DNA from: Thermoanaerobaculia bacterium
GTDB lineage: Bacteria; Acidobacteriota; Thermoanaerobaculia; Multivoradales; UBA5704
Assembly: GCA_036380715.1 (NCBI GenBank)
Contig: DASVEF010000299.1
Coordinates: 7,520-71,519, forward strand
Length of the DNA stretch: 64,000 nucleotides
Direction of reading: 5' to 3'
Shown here: piece after piece, positions 17,646 through 26,584 of the stretch
Layout: each line of letters opens with the position of its first letter
Position numbering within the stretch: the first letter of the stretch is position 1
Position numbers and translations under genes: made by a program
Notes under the pieces: model-generated
What the model was told of the DNA's origin: nothing
The model's database searches: none
What the model saw: only the letters and a program-made list of their open reading frames with translations

Positions 17646-19820
17646 TCAATTCAGCGGGGAGCGGCCGAGCAGGTGGCGCTCGAGCCAGGAGATTTCGGTG
17701 AAGAGCCGGGTCCGCTTGTGCGAGGGCTTGCGGAAGATGTGCCCCTCGCCCGGGTAGATCAGCAGCTCGACCGGCACGCCGCGCCAAGCCAGAGTGCGGT
17801 ACATCTCCTCGGCCTGCTCCGGGCCGTCGAATTCGCCGAACGTGATCAGCGTCGGCGTCTTCACCTGGCCGGCACGGCTGCTGGGCGACTCGTCCTGGTA
17901 GCGGGCAGGGTCCTCCCAGGGTGGCCGGCTCCGGTAGAAGCCTTCGGCCCAGAAAGCGCCCCGCGGGGAGCCGGCGACCATGGAGACGTCGTTCCAGCGC
18001 CCCGCCCCGGACACGGCGGCGCGGAACAGGCCGCTCCGGCCGATCAGGCAGTTCGTCAGCCCTCCCCCGCCGCTGTACCCCGTAACCCCCACCCGTTCGC
18101 GGTCCGCCCAGCCCAGGGCCAGCAGGTGCTCCACCCCGGCGATCACGTCAGCCGACGGACGCGAGCAGCGGTGGCCCTCCAAGGCCTGCCCGAAGGCGTC
18201 TCCCCGGCCGGCGCCGCCCCGGAAGTTCGGGGAGAGCACCAGGAATCCCCGGGAGGCCAGCAGGCCGGGATAGGAGGCGAAGCTCCCGCCCACGGACACG
18301 GTCTCCACGCGCGCCACGCCGAAGGGACCGCCATGGAGATGGACCACCAGCGGCAGCCCCTTCTCACCCTTGCGGCCCGGTGGCCAGAGGAGCACGCCCT
18401 CGATCGTGTCCCCCTCACGATTCTTCCAGGAGATCGTCTCCACCTCCGGCGCGGGATGGCGGTCGAGAGCCGCGTTGAAGCTCGTCAGCGCCCGCGCCGC
18501 CGCCATGCCGTCCGGCCCGTCCGCCAGCCAGATCTCGGGGAAACGCCGGTCGTAGCGCACGAAAGCGATCCTCCGCCCGTCCCGCGACGCCGTGAGCAAC
18601 TCGGTCATGCCACGGTGGTCGGCGAGGGTCTGAACCCGTCCGCTCGCGGGCTCGATCCGGTAGATCCGCGTCCGAGTCGAGACCAGGGCCGTCGCCAGGA
18701 TGGAGCCGCCGGCGAGGGGGACCGCCTCCAGGACGCTCCCCTCCAGATCCGGCGCGACCCGCGCGATCCCGCCGCCGGGCTCCACGCGATAGAGCCGTCC
18801 TTCGGTGGTGGTGAACCGTCCATCCCGCTCCTCCCCGGAGCCTGTGATCAGGAGGTCGCGGCCCGCCCAGAGCACCCGTTCCTCATAGACCCAGTTGCGG
18901 GTGCGCACCGGAGCGACCGCCTCCGGTCCCAGGGGCAGGACGGAGACCTCCCACTCCCTGACCGGGCCGTAGGGGCTCCCCGCTCCGAAGGCGATCCGGC
19001 CCCCGTCGGGAGAGAGATGGATGCTTCCCGGATTTGGCTCGGCCGATGCGAGGGGGACGGCGGTGCCCGTGGCGAAGTCGGCCCGGGCCAGCCGGTAGAG
19101 AGTGGTCCCGGGATCGGGGAGCTCGGGAAGGCGGCGGACGTCGCCGTAGATCCGGCGCCTCTCGCGGCCGGCCTGCAGCTCCGTGCCGGTCGGCGGGGTG
19201 ACGGCCGAGAGGACGACTCCCGAGCCGTCCGGCAGCCAGTCGTGGGAGAGGATCCCGGACTCGAAACGGGCGGGATCGGTCACCCGCCGCGGCCTACCCT
19301 CCAGTGGATCGAGGACCGAGAGCTGGGGCGCCTCCGGGGTGGAGAGGAACGACAGGAGCTTCCCGTCGGACGACCACCGGAGCTCCCGGAGGGCCGCCGG
19401 CTCGACGGCGAGGCGGACGGGCTTCGGCGCTCCGGGCGCCGCGAGGTCGATCCACCAGATGGCGTGCTCCTCCACGTCGCGGGCCGGGTCGTCCCTGCGA
19501 GCGATGAAGGCGAGCCGGTTGCCGTCCGGGGAGAGCGCGACCTCGAGGAAGGCGACCTCCGCGAGCCACTCTTCGATGGAATAGCCGGAGGCCGGAGGGA
19601 CGAGAGACAAGGCGGCGAGAAGGAGGGCCGCGAAGAGGACTGTCCTCGCCCGGGCGCGGCGCGGGCCCTCACCCCCGTCCCCTCTCCCGAAGGGAGAGGG
19701 GTGAAAGCTCTGGAAAAAGCTCAGAAGACCGCGATTTTCTCTGCAATTTCCCCCTCTCCCTCCGGGAGAGGGGGCCAGGGGGTGAGGGCTCAGCGGAACG
19801 GCCTTACGCCTTTGAAACAA
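17646..19820 (-). CDS. S9 family serine peptidase (prolyl oligopeptidase/DPP-like) with N-terminal TolB-like beta-propeller; start uncertain
   Basis: Catalytic Ser in GYSGGG; C-terminal alpha/beta hydrolase; beta-propeller repeats. The first ~55 codons of the ORF are a MITE/REP-like element (LSPHPLAPSPGGRGG...). The true start is probably near the signal peptide VLFAALLLAALSLVP, but no clean start codon was found. Confidence 0.75.
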   Translation of the reverse strand: MFQRRKAVPLSPHPLAPSPGGRGGNCRENRGLLSFFQSFHPSPFGRGDGGEGPRRARARTVLFAALLLAALSLVPPASGYSIEEWLAEVAFLEVALSPDGNRLAFIARRDDPARDVEEHAIWWIDLAAPGAPKPVRLAVEPAALRELRWSSDGKLLSFLSTPEAPQLSVLDPLEGRPRRVTDPARFESGILSHDWLPDGSGVVLSAVTPPTGTELQAGRERRRIYGDVRRLPELPDPGTTLYRLARADFATGTAVPLASAEPNPGSIHLSPDGGRIAFGAGSPYGPVREWEVSVLPLGPEAVAPVRTRNWVYEERVLWAGRDLLITGSGEERDGRFTTTEGRLYRVEPGGGIARVAPDLEGSVLEAVPLAGGSILATALVSTRTRIYRIEPASGRVQTLADHRGMTELLTASRDGRRIAFVRYDRRFPEIWLADGPDGMAAARALTSFNAALDRHPAPEVETISWKNREGDTIEGVLLWPPGRKGEKGLPLVVHLHGGPFGVARVETVSVGGSFASYPGLLASRGFLVLSPNFRGGAGRGDAFGQALEGHRCSRPSADVIAGVEHLLALGWADRERVGVTGYSGGGGLTNCLIGRSGLFRAAVSGAGRWNDVSMVAGSPRGAFWAEGFYRSRPPWEDPARYQDESPSSRAGQVKTPTLITFGEFDGPEQAEEMYRTLAWRGVPVELLIYPGEGHIFRKPSHKRTRLFTEISWLERHLLGRSPLN
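19666..19789. repeat. MITE/REP-like element, copy B (full length; reverse-complement orientation of copy A)
   Basis: ccctcacccccgtcccctctcccgaagggagaggggtgaaagctctggaaaaagctcagaagacc...ccctctccctccgggagagggggccagggggtgaggg. The core is near-identical to rc(copy A). Confidence 0.8.
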
Positions 19821-19824
19821 ACTC

Positions 19825-20343
19825 TCAGCCTCGCACGAACGTCCCGCGCTCCGTATCCTTGCGGACGCCGGGGAACTTCAGGGCGCGGCCGTGCGCCACG
19901 CAGTAGACCCCCGGCGGCAGGATGCCGGTGGCGAAAATCGCCTCGGTCAGGTTCTGCAGGGCGTCGGACTGCTTCATCTCGAACGGGCGCATGGCCCCGG
20001 TCAGGACGATCGGGATGCAGGGATCGGGAATCTCGGCGAGGAGGCAGTCGCCGGTCATGGCCAGCCGGTCGGTGCCGTGCAGGACGACGATGCCGGTCAT
20101 CTCGCCCCCCTCCCCTTCCGCACCGATCGCCTTGACCATCTGGACGACCCGGGCCCGGTCCTGGTCCGTCATGTCCAGGCTGTCCTTGCTCATCAGCTCG
20201 AGGACGCTGACCTCGGTGTCCTCCAGCCGCAGCTCGGAGAGCATCCGCCGCACGATCGAGCGCCGGTTGGCCAGCTCGCCCGACAGCTCGTCATAGGTTT
20301 TCTCGATGGTTCCGCCGGTGGTGATCAGGGTGATTCTGCGCAC
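19825..20343 (-). CDS. Asparaginase-domain protein (N-terminal type-I L-asparaginase fold only)
   Basis: TGGTIEK threonine-nucleophile motif at the N-terminus. 172 aa, so short form. Confidence 0.65.
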   Translation of the reverse strand: MRRITLITTGGTIEKTYDELSGELANRRSIVRRMLSELRLEDTEVSVLELMSKDSLDMTDQDRARVVQMVKAIGAEGEGGEMTGIVVLHGTDRLAMTGDCLLAEIPDPCIPIVLTGAMRPFEMKQSDALQNLTEAIFATGILPPGVYCVAHGRALKFPGVRKDTERGTFVRG

Positions 20344-20370
20344 GGAGCGGACTCTATCGCATCACCTCTC

Positions 20371-20395
20371 CCCCGCTCGCGCCCGATCCCGATCC
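20371..20395. repeat. 18-bp direct repeat, copy 1 (cccgctcgcgcccgatcc), upstream of the DUF433/DUF5615 cassette
   Basis: Copy 2 at 21133-21150 (cccgctcccgcccgatcc; 17/18 match) lies inside the 3' end of the DUF983 gene. Confidence 0.45.
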
Positions 20396-20434
20396 AATGG
20401 CCAATCCCTGCCTGAGCTGCTGAGCTGTTATAGT

Positions 20435-20770
20435 GTGCTGGTGTCCAAGCTTGAGAAAGCCGAGCAGCTACTGACCGAGATGAACCGGGCAGAGAAGGCG
20501 CAGATTCTCCAGTGGGTGGTCCAGGACTTGGGGGATGCCTTTCCCGGAATCGAAAGCCGTCCGGACGTCTGCGGCGGCGAGCCGTGCATCGTCCGTACCC
20601 GGATTCCCGTCTGGCTGCTCGTCCAGGCGCGGCGTTTGAGCACCAGCGAATCCGACCTGCTGCGGGCCTATCCCACCCTTCGAGCCGAGGATCTGGCCAA
20701 CGCCTGGGCCTACTATCGCGCTCACCCTGAGGAGATCGAGCGCCAGATCCGGGAGAACGAGGCGGCCTGA
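20435..20770 (+). CDS. DUF433-domain protein (antitoxin-like partner of DUF5615)
   Basis: GTG start. CGGEPCIVRTRIPVWLLV...LLRAYPTLRAEDLANAWAYY is the DUF433 signature. 4-bp gap to the DUF5615 gene. Confidence 0.7.
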   Translation: MLVSKLEKAEQLLTEMNRAEKAQILQWVVQDLGDAFPGIESRPDVCGGEPCIVRTRIPVWLLVQARRLSTSESDLLRAYPTLRAEDLANAWAYYRAHPEEIERQIRENEAA

Positions 20771-20774
20771 GCGG

Positions 20775-21116
20775 ATGGCCCGGCTCTACACGAACGAGAA
20801 CTTCCCGCGTCCCACCGCCGAGGAGCTACGCCGGCTCGGGCACGACATTCTGACTGTCCAGGAAGCCGGCTATTCCGGGCAAGCGGTCCCAGACTCTCAA
20901 GTCCTCGACTTTGCCAAGGATGAGGAGCGTGCCGTCGTAACCCTGAATCGGAAACACTTCCTCCGCCTTCACCAGGAACGGCCAGACCATTCAGGAATTG
21001 TCGTCTGCACCTTCGATCCCGACTTTTCAGGCCAAGCCTACAGAATCCATGAAGCCCTGAAGGGCCAGGAGCCGCTCGCCGGTAAGCTCATTCGAGTCAA
21101 CCGGCCAGGGCCGTAA
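20775..21116 (+). CDS. DUF5615-family PIN-like protein (putative toxin partner of DUF433)
   Basis: 113 aa. The N-terminus MARLYTNENFP...LGHDILTVQEAG is typical of DUF5615. Confidence 0.7.
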   Translation: MARLYTNENFPRPTAEELRRLGHDILTVQEAGYSGQAVPDSQVLDFAKDEERAVVTLNRKHFLRLHQERPDHSGIVVCTFDPDFSGQAYRIHEALKGQEPLAGKLIRVNRPGP

Positions 21117-21122
21117 CGGCAG

Positions 21123-21485
21123 TCACGGTCCTTCCCGCTCCCGCCCGATCCAGTAGTTGAGCGCCACGGCGATCCCCTTGCGGTGCGGCAGCGACAGCCC
21201 GATCACCACGACGGCCGCGATGCCGATCACGATCTGGCCCAGCCAGACCCACTCGGGGCGGACCAGGAACATCAGGACCACGAAGGAGCCGGTCAGCCCG
21301 GCTGTGGTCATGTACATGAAGAACCAGGTGTCGCCCGGCTCGCGCTCGAAGCGGAACCCACACACGGTGCAGGCGTCGCGCAGGTGATGCCAGCCGTCGA
21401 AGAGCCGTCCCTCCCCGCAGCGGGGGCAGCGGCCCCGGAAACCCCGGAGCACGGCCTGCCGCAAGCTTTTGGGACGGTTCGTCAC
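21123..21485 (-). CDS. DUF983 zinc-ribbon membrane protein
   Basis: CPRCGEGRLF...CTVCGF (CxxC-x17-CxxC) followed by two TM helices. 4-bp overlap with the upstream TIR-STAND gene, so co-transcribed. Confidence 0.7.
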   Translation of the reverse strand: MTNRPKSLRQAVLRGFRGRCPRCGEGRLFDGWHHLRDACTVCGFRFEREPGDTWFFMYMTTAGLTGSFVVLMFLVRPEWVWLGQIVIGIAAVVVIGLSLPHRKGIAVALNYWIGREREGP

Positions 21486-24400
21486 CCGGGCAGCTTAGAA
21501 CAGGTCTTGCGGTAGGAGAGCTGATCGCCCACGTGGTGCGACCACTCCTCGAGGGTGAGGTTGCGCCCGACCGTACGGCAGGCGGCGTCGATCAGCTTGT
21601 CGAGCTGAAGCGACCAGAGGCGGGCGGTGCCGTCGCCGCTCGCGCTTGCCAGGCTCTGGCCGTCCGGGCTGAAGGCCAGGCTGTAGACGTTGTCCCCGTG
21701 GCCGTGCAAGACGAGCGGCCGGACGTCAGGTTGTTCCAGGTCCCAGAGGCGGACCGTGCGGTCGCGGCTCCCGCTCGCCAGGCGCTTGCCGTCCGAGCTG
21801 AAGACGGCCACCGTGACGCTGTCGTCGTGGCCGGAGAGGACGACCGGGGCCGGGGAGGGGGTCTCCAGGCTCCACACCCGGATGGTCCGGTCGTCGGCGG
21901 CCGTGGCCAGGCGGTGACCGTCCGGGCTGAAGGCCATGCCGTGGACGACCCCCTCGTGCCGGCCCACGTCGACCGCCGCAGTCGAAGGCTTCCCCACGTC
22001 CCACAGCCGGACGTCGCCTCGCCGGGTTCCGGTGGCCAGACGCTTGCCGTCGGGGCTGAACGCGACGGTGACGAAGCTGTCTCCCTTCCGTGAGAGCACG
22101 ACGGGAGCCGCGGTCGGAGCTTCCACGTTCCACAGGCGGACCTCCGCGTCCTCGCTGGCGGCGGCGATCCGGCGCCCGTCCGGGCTGAAGGCGAGGTCCA
22201 CGACCCTCTGTTCCCTGGGACCCTGGAGGACAAACGCCGAGCTCTCGTCCTCGAGGCTCTCGACACGGACGGTGCCCTCCCGGTTGCCGATCGCCACGCG
22301 GCGGCCGTCCGGGCTGAACGCCACGCTCTCGATCTGCCCCATCCAGAAGGAGTGATCCACCGCGGGAGTCTCCGGGTGGCGCAGGTCCCAGACGCGGGCG
22401 TGCCCGTCCCAGCTCGCGGTCGAGACGCGCCCGCCGGTCCGGTCGAAGGCGACCCGCACGACGCGTCCGCCGTGCCCTCCCAGCACGACCGGCTCGGTCT
22501 CCCGGTGCTCCAGGCTCCAGAGTCTCGCGAAGCCGTCCGAGCTCCCGGTGGCCACCCAGCGGCTGTCCGGGCTGAACGCCAGGCTCACGATCGTGTCGTC
22601 GTGGCCGCGGAGCGTGGCGGTCAGGCGGGGAGTCGAAATATCGACCTTCCACAGCCGGAGCGTGGCGTCCTCGCCACCCGTGGCCAGCCAGCGGCCGTCC
22701 GGGCTGAAGGCGAGGATCCGGATGTCGTCCTCGTGTCCCAGCAGAGGGAACGGCTCGCCTCCGCCCTCGGTCCCCAGGAGATAGACCGTGCCGTCCCAGC
22801 TCCCCGTGGCCAGACGGCGGCCGTCCGGACTGAACGCCACGGCGCGGAAGGGGTTCTCGTGCCCGGTCAGGAAGCGGCTGTCGCGCACGCCCGCGGGGTC
22901 CCACAGGCGGACCGTGCCGTCGTCGCTTCCAGACACCAGGATGCTGCCGTCCGGGCTGAACACCAGCACGCCGATGTTGCCCGTATGGCCGGCGAGGACC
23001 ACGGGGGCGGACTGCGGCTCGGCGGTCTTCCAGACCCGCACCTTGTGGTCCCGGGCGCCGGTCGCCACCAGGCTGCTGTCCGGGCTGAAGGCCAGCGCTT
23101 CGATCTCTCCTTCGTGACCCGAGAGGATGGTGGCGGCAGGCTCCGCCGTCGTGAGATTCCAGAGGCGGGCCTTGCGGTCGTCCCCGCCGGCCGCCAGCCA
23201 GCGGCCATCGGCGCTGAAGGCGACCATGCGCACGGGACGCTCGCCGGCGGCGAGGACGCGGGGATGCGCCGAGGGGTTGCGGGAATCCCAGACGCGGACC
23301 GTGCCGTCTTCCCCGCCGGAGGCGAGTTGCGAGCCGCCGGGGTTGAAGGCCAGATCCTTGACATCCCCCTTGTGACCGCCGAGCACCGCGGGCGCGCTCC
23401 CCGGCTGCGCCACGTCCCAGAGCCGCACGGTACCGTCCTCGCTCGCCGTGGCGAGGCGGCGTCCGTCCGGGCTGAAAGCGACTTTCGTGACCCCTGCCTG
23501 GTGGCCAGCCAGGGGGATCGAGCCCGCCACCTTCGCCAGAGTGTGCCGCAACGCCTCCTCGCCGAGGGCGGTCTCCAGCCCGATCTCGCGCTTCAGGGCG
23601 ATGGACTCCAGAGCCAGGAGGAGGCTGCGTTGTGGCGTGTCCTCGATGCCGGTCACCGCCTGGGCGGCGAGCTGGCGCACCAGGGCGGTACGGCCCTGCA
23701 GCTTCGCCGTCTGGCGCTGCAGGAAGGAGACGACGGCCAGGGCCGCGGCGACCAGCCCGACGGCGGCGAGCAGGATCGAGAACCGGCGCATCCGGGCGGC
23801 CGCCTGTCTCTGCGTCTCCTCGCGGGCCTTGGCCTCCTCGGTGAGGCGTTGCGCCGCAACCAGCTCGCGCTGGCGCTGCGCCTCCTTCTCCGCCGCCTCG
23901 CGGTCACGGAGCGCCACGCTCGCGGCGACGAATCCCCGCTCCAGCTCGTTCACCTCGCCGGCGCGCTTCTCCACCAGCTCCTGCGCCGCGGCGAGCTGGG
24001 CGCCGCGCAACAGGCTCCCCTCGTCCTGGCCGAGGCGCAGCCACTCCTCAGCCTGTTCGGTCAACCGGCGCTGGATGCGCAGGGCGGCCCGCCCCTCCTC
24101 GATCCAGCCGCGGAAGCGGGGCCAGTTGCGGATCAGCGCCTCGTGCGACACGTCCACCAGCTCGTCGCCGCTCGCCGCGTCGCGGCCGGTGGTGAGCAGC
24201 CGCGCCTCGGCCAGCCGGCCGACGACCGACTTCAGCTCGGCGTTCTGTCCGGGCAGCTCCTTGAAGCGGGCGCGGCGGCGCGTGTCCTCCGTGCCCTCGC
24301 CGGGCTGCACCAGGCGCAGCAGGACGCGGCGGGCCATCTCCTGCTCGCCGGGCGAGAGCTTCTCCAGCTCCTCCTCCGCCCGCCGGGCGATGGCGCCGTG

Positions 24401-25717
24401 CACGCCGCCGATCGCCGCGTAGGCCTCGTGCGTCAGGCGCCGCCCTTGCCGGCGCTCCCACAGCTCGAGCAGCGCGTGCTCCAGGAGCGGGAGAGCCCCG
24501 GGCTGGCCAGACAGGTCCTGCAGGATGGCGTCGGGCAGCCCTTCCTCCATCTCGAGCCCGACCTGGAGGGCCGGCCCTTCGATCGCCTGGCGCAGCTCGC
24601 TCTCCACCATCGGCGAAACCAGCACGTGGCTGTCCGACATGCGGTCGGCCAGTTGGGGATAGGCCGCGGCGCGGGCGTAGAAATCCGCCCGCATGGTGAC
24701 CACGACCACCGTGCGCCCCTCGGCCACGTTCGCCGCGTACAGCAGGTTGTCGAGGAAGCGCTGCCGCACCTCTTCGGACGGGCAGAGAGTGAACACCTCC
24801 TCGAACTGGTCGACCACGATCACCACCCGGCGCCGCTCGTCGCCCCCGGTCAGGGCGAGCCGCACCGCGGAGTGGAGCGCCTTGTCGCTGACGCTCAACG
24901 TCTCCTGGAGCTGCAGCAGGGTGGCGACCCGGCCGCCTTCGGGATCGAGGACCGGCGCCAGTTGGACGGCCAGCTCGTCGAGCGGCTGCGAGCCCGGCTT
25001 CATGACCAGCACGGGCCATGAGTCGCTGCCCGGCAGCGCGCCCTGACGCAGCGTCGGGACCAGGCCGGCGCGAACCACCGACGACTTGCCGCTGCCCGAC
25101 GGTCCCAGCACGGCGAGGAAGCGGCTCTGGCGCAGCCGCTCCACCAGCCACTGCGTGAGCGCCTCGCGGCCGTGGAAGAAGCGGGCGTCCTCCTCGTGGA
25201 ACGCGGCGAGACCGCGGTAGGGGCAGACGCCGATCTCCGCGACCTCCCCTTCGGAAGGGCCGGGCGGGAGGCCGCGGACGCCGCAGATCAGACGGCGGAA
25301 CGCGTCCTCGTCCGCGAAGCCGTTGCGGAAATCGACCCAGGTGACGCGGCTGAGGAAACGCGGCAGCCGTCCCCGCTCGGGCATCACGGCGCCCTGGAGC
25401 AGCACCGGGATGACCCGGTACTCGGGGGACTTCACCCGCTCGTCGAGGGCCGCCCGCATCTCCTCGTTCTCCCAGGCGCCCAGCCCGTGCGGGCCGAGGA
25501 AAACCGCGCAGGTGATGCTCTCGTCGAGCGCCCTCTCCAGAGCCTCCTGCCAGACCTCGCCGGGGACGAGGTGCCACTTGTCGAGGAACGGCTGCACCCC
25601 GGCGTCGCGCAGCCGCCGGGCCAGCTCCTCCACGAGCGGCTTGTCCGCGCTGTGGTGGCTGAGGAAGACGTCGTAGCGCTTCGCGGGGGCTGCTGCCGGA
25701 GCCGTGGCGGTGCTCAT
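21482..25717 (-). CDS. TIR domain / STAND P-loop NTPase / transmembrane helix / WD40-repeat protein (1411 aa)
   Basis: N-terminal TIR (YDVFLSHHSADKPLVEELARRLRDAGVQPFLDKWHLVPGEVW). STAND N-terminal helix motif GVCPYRGLAAFHEEDARFFHGRE plus Walker A VLGPSGSGKSSVV. Predicted TM segment FSILLAAVGLVAAALAVVSFL. At least 14 WD40 blades (recurring GH...VRLWD/VRVW). Confidence 0.85.
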   Translation of the reverse strand: MSTATAPAAAPAKRYDVFLSHHSADKPLVEELARRLRDAGVQPFLDKWHLVPGEVWQEALERALDESITCAVFLGPHGLGAWENEEMRAALDERVKSPEYRVIPVLLQGAVMPERGRLPRFLSRVTWVDFRNGFADEDAFRRLICGVRGLPPGPSEGEVAEIGVCPYRGLAAFHEEDARFFHGREALTQWLVERLRQSRFLAVLGPSGSGKSSVVRAGLVPTLRQGALPGSDSWPVLVMKPGSQPLDELAVQLAPVLDPEGGRVATLLQLQETLSVSDKALHSAVRLALTGGDERRRVVIVVDQFEEVFTLCPSEEVRQRFLDNLLYAANVAEGRTVVVVTMRADFYARAAAYPQLADRMSDSHVLVSPMVESELRQAIEGPALQVGLEMEEGLPDAILQDLSGQPGALPLLEHALLELWERRQGRRLTHEAYAAIGGVHGAIARRAEEELEKLSPGEQEMARRVLLRLVQPGEGTEDTRRRARFKELPGQNAELKSVVGRLAEARLLTTGRDAASGDELVDVSHEALIRNWPRFRGWIEEGRAALRIQRRLTEQAEEWLRLGQDEGSLLRGAQLAAAQELVEKRAGEVNELERGFVAASVALRDREAAEKEAQRQRELVAAQRLTEEAKAREETQRQAAARMRRFSILLAAVGLVAAALAVVSFLQRQTAKLQGRTALVRQLAAQAVTGIEDTPQRSLLLALESIALKREIGLETALGEEALRHTLAKVAGSIPLAGHQAGVTKVAFSPDGRRLATASEDGTVRLWDVAQPGSAPAVLGGHKGDVKDLAFNPGGSQLASGGEDGTVRVWDSRNPSAHPRVLAAGERPVRMVAFSADGRWLAAGGDDRKARLWNLTTAEPAATILSGHEGEIEALAFSPDSSLVATGARDHKVRVWKTAEPQSAPVVLAGHTGNIGVLVFSPDGSILVSGSDDGTVRLWDPAGVRDSRFLTGHENPFRAVAFSPDGRRLATGSWDGTVYLLGTEGGGEPFPLLGHEDDIRILAFSPDGRWLATGGEDATLRLWKVDISTPRLTATLRGHDDTIVSLAFSPDSRWVATGSSDGFARLWSLEHRETEPVVLGGHGGRVVRVAFDRTGGRVSTASWDGHARVWDLRHPETPAVDHSFWMGQIESVAFSPDGRRVAIGNREGTVRVESLEDESSAFVLQGPREQRVVDLAFSPDGRRIAAASEDAEVRLWNVEAPTAAPVVLSRKGDSFVTVAFSPDGKRLATGTRRGDVRLWDVGKPSTAAVDVGRHEGVVHGMAFSPDGHRLATAADDRTIRVWSLETPSPAPVVLSGHDDSVTVAVFSSDGKRLASGSRDRTVRLWDLEQPDVRPLVLHGHGDNVYSLAFSPDGQSLASASGDGTARLWSLQLDKLIDAACRTVGRNLTLEEWSHHVGDQLSYRKTCSKLPG

Positions 25718-25783
25718 GATGCCAAATCGCGGGATTTCAAGGAGATCCTACGACAAGACGCCTCTTCTGTCGACCCCTGACGG
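25718..25783. repeat. ~55-66 bp direct repeat, copy 1, bracketing the vapBC cassette
   Basis: gatgccaaatcgcgggatttcaaggagatcctacgacaagacgcctcttctgtcgacccctgacgg, compared with 26508-26561 ggtgccaaatcgcggatttcgacaaggcgcccctgttgtcgaccccggggg. Confidence 0.7.
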
Positions 25784-25870
25784 CAAGGAGCATAGAGGCG
25801 CGCTCGGTAGTTGCCCTCATCGGGCAGATCACACGTATACTATGAGTGAGGGCCGTATGCGAGGAAGCTC

Positions 25871-26092
25871 ATGAAGACAAAGCTGACTGTCACCATCGAT
25901 GAGGAGCTGATTCCCAAAGCGAAGCGCTACGCCCGGCAACGGGGAATCTCTCTCTCCCAGCTCATCGAGACGTCGCTGCGGAGCACCACGGAAGGGGAAG
26001 AAACCACCTTCTCCCAGCGCTGGAGGGGGAAGTTCGAACCGGCCAACCGCGATGACGAGCGCTACAAGGCTCTCGCGAAGCGTTACCTGTGA
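25871..26092 (+). CDS. vapB: VapB-type antitoxin (DUF6364-like)
   Basis: 73 aa. MKTKLTVTIDEELIPKAKRYARQRGISLSQLIE is the typical small antitoxin pattern. ATGA overlap with the PIN gene. Confidence 0.65.
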   Translation: MKTKLTVTIDEELIPKAKRYARQRGISLSQLIETSLRSTTEGEETTFSQRWRGKFEPANRDDERYKALAKRYL

Positions 26093-26505
26093 TCGTTCTC
26101 GTCGACACAGATGTACTGATCGACCTGGCGCTCAACCGAGCCCCGAACGCCGAGCCCGCGGCTCATCTTCTCGATCTACTTGAAAGACGGCCGGGAACAG
26201 CCTTCGTGGCTTGGCACTCCCTCGCGAACTTCTACTATGTGGTCTCTCCGATCCGGGGAAAGCAGCCGGCCCGGGATTTCCTCATCGACTTGGCGCGCTT
26301 CATCGAAGTGGCGTCCACGACAACAGAGAGCCTGCTCTACGCGGGCCAGTTGGACATGCCCGACTTCGAGGATGCGATGCAGGTCGCCGCAGCCTTGGCT
26401 TGTCGGGCCGGGCTGATCGCCACCCGGAACCTTCGCCACTATAAGCGGTCCCCGGTCCGAGCCGCGGAGCCACGCACTGTCGTGGAACAACTGCTGGGAA
26501 ACTGA
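26089..26505 (+). CDS. vapC: PIN-domain toxin VapC
   Basis: MIVLVDTDVLID with acidic residues at PIN positions (D6, D8, E..., D...). 138 aa. Confidence 0.85.
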   Translation: MIVLVDTDVLIDLALNRAPNAEPAAHLLDLLERRPGTAFVAWHSLANFYYVVSPIRGKQPARDFLIDLARFIEVASTTTESLLYAGQLDMPDFEDAMQVAAALACRAGLIATRNLRHYKRSPVRAAEPRTVVEQLLGN

Positions 26506-26507
26506 TC

Positions 26508-26561
26508 CATGGTGCCAAATCGCGGATTTCGACAAGGCGCCCCTGTTGTCGACCCCGGGGG
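26508..26561. repeat. Direct repeat, copy 2, bracketing vapBC
   Basis: See 25718-25783. Confidence 0.7.
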
Positions 26562-26584
26562 TGTGAAGGTCCGTTCGCGCGGAA

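Noticed and set aside
16773-20135. 1120-aa plus-strand ORF
   Set aside because: Antisense to the S9 peptidase and the AhpD-like genes. Arg/Gly-rich with no domain features. A high-GC artefact.
22352-25021. 889-aa plus-strand ORF and many 100-500 aa ORFs inside the TIR-STAND-WD40 gene region
   Set aside because: All are antisense or alternate-frame to a single coherent 1411-aa multidomain protein.
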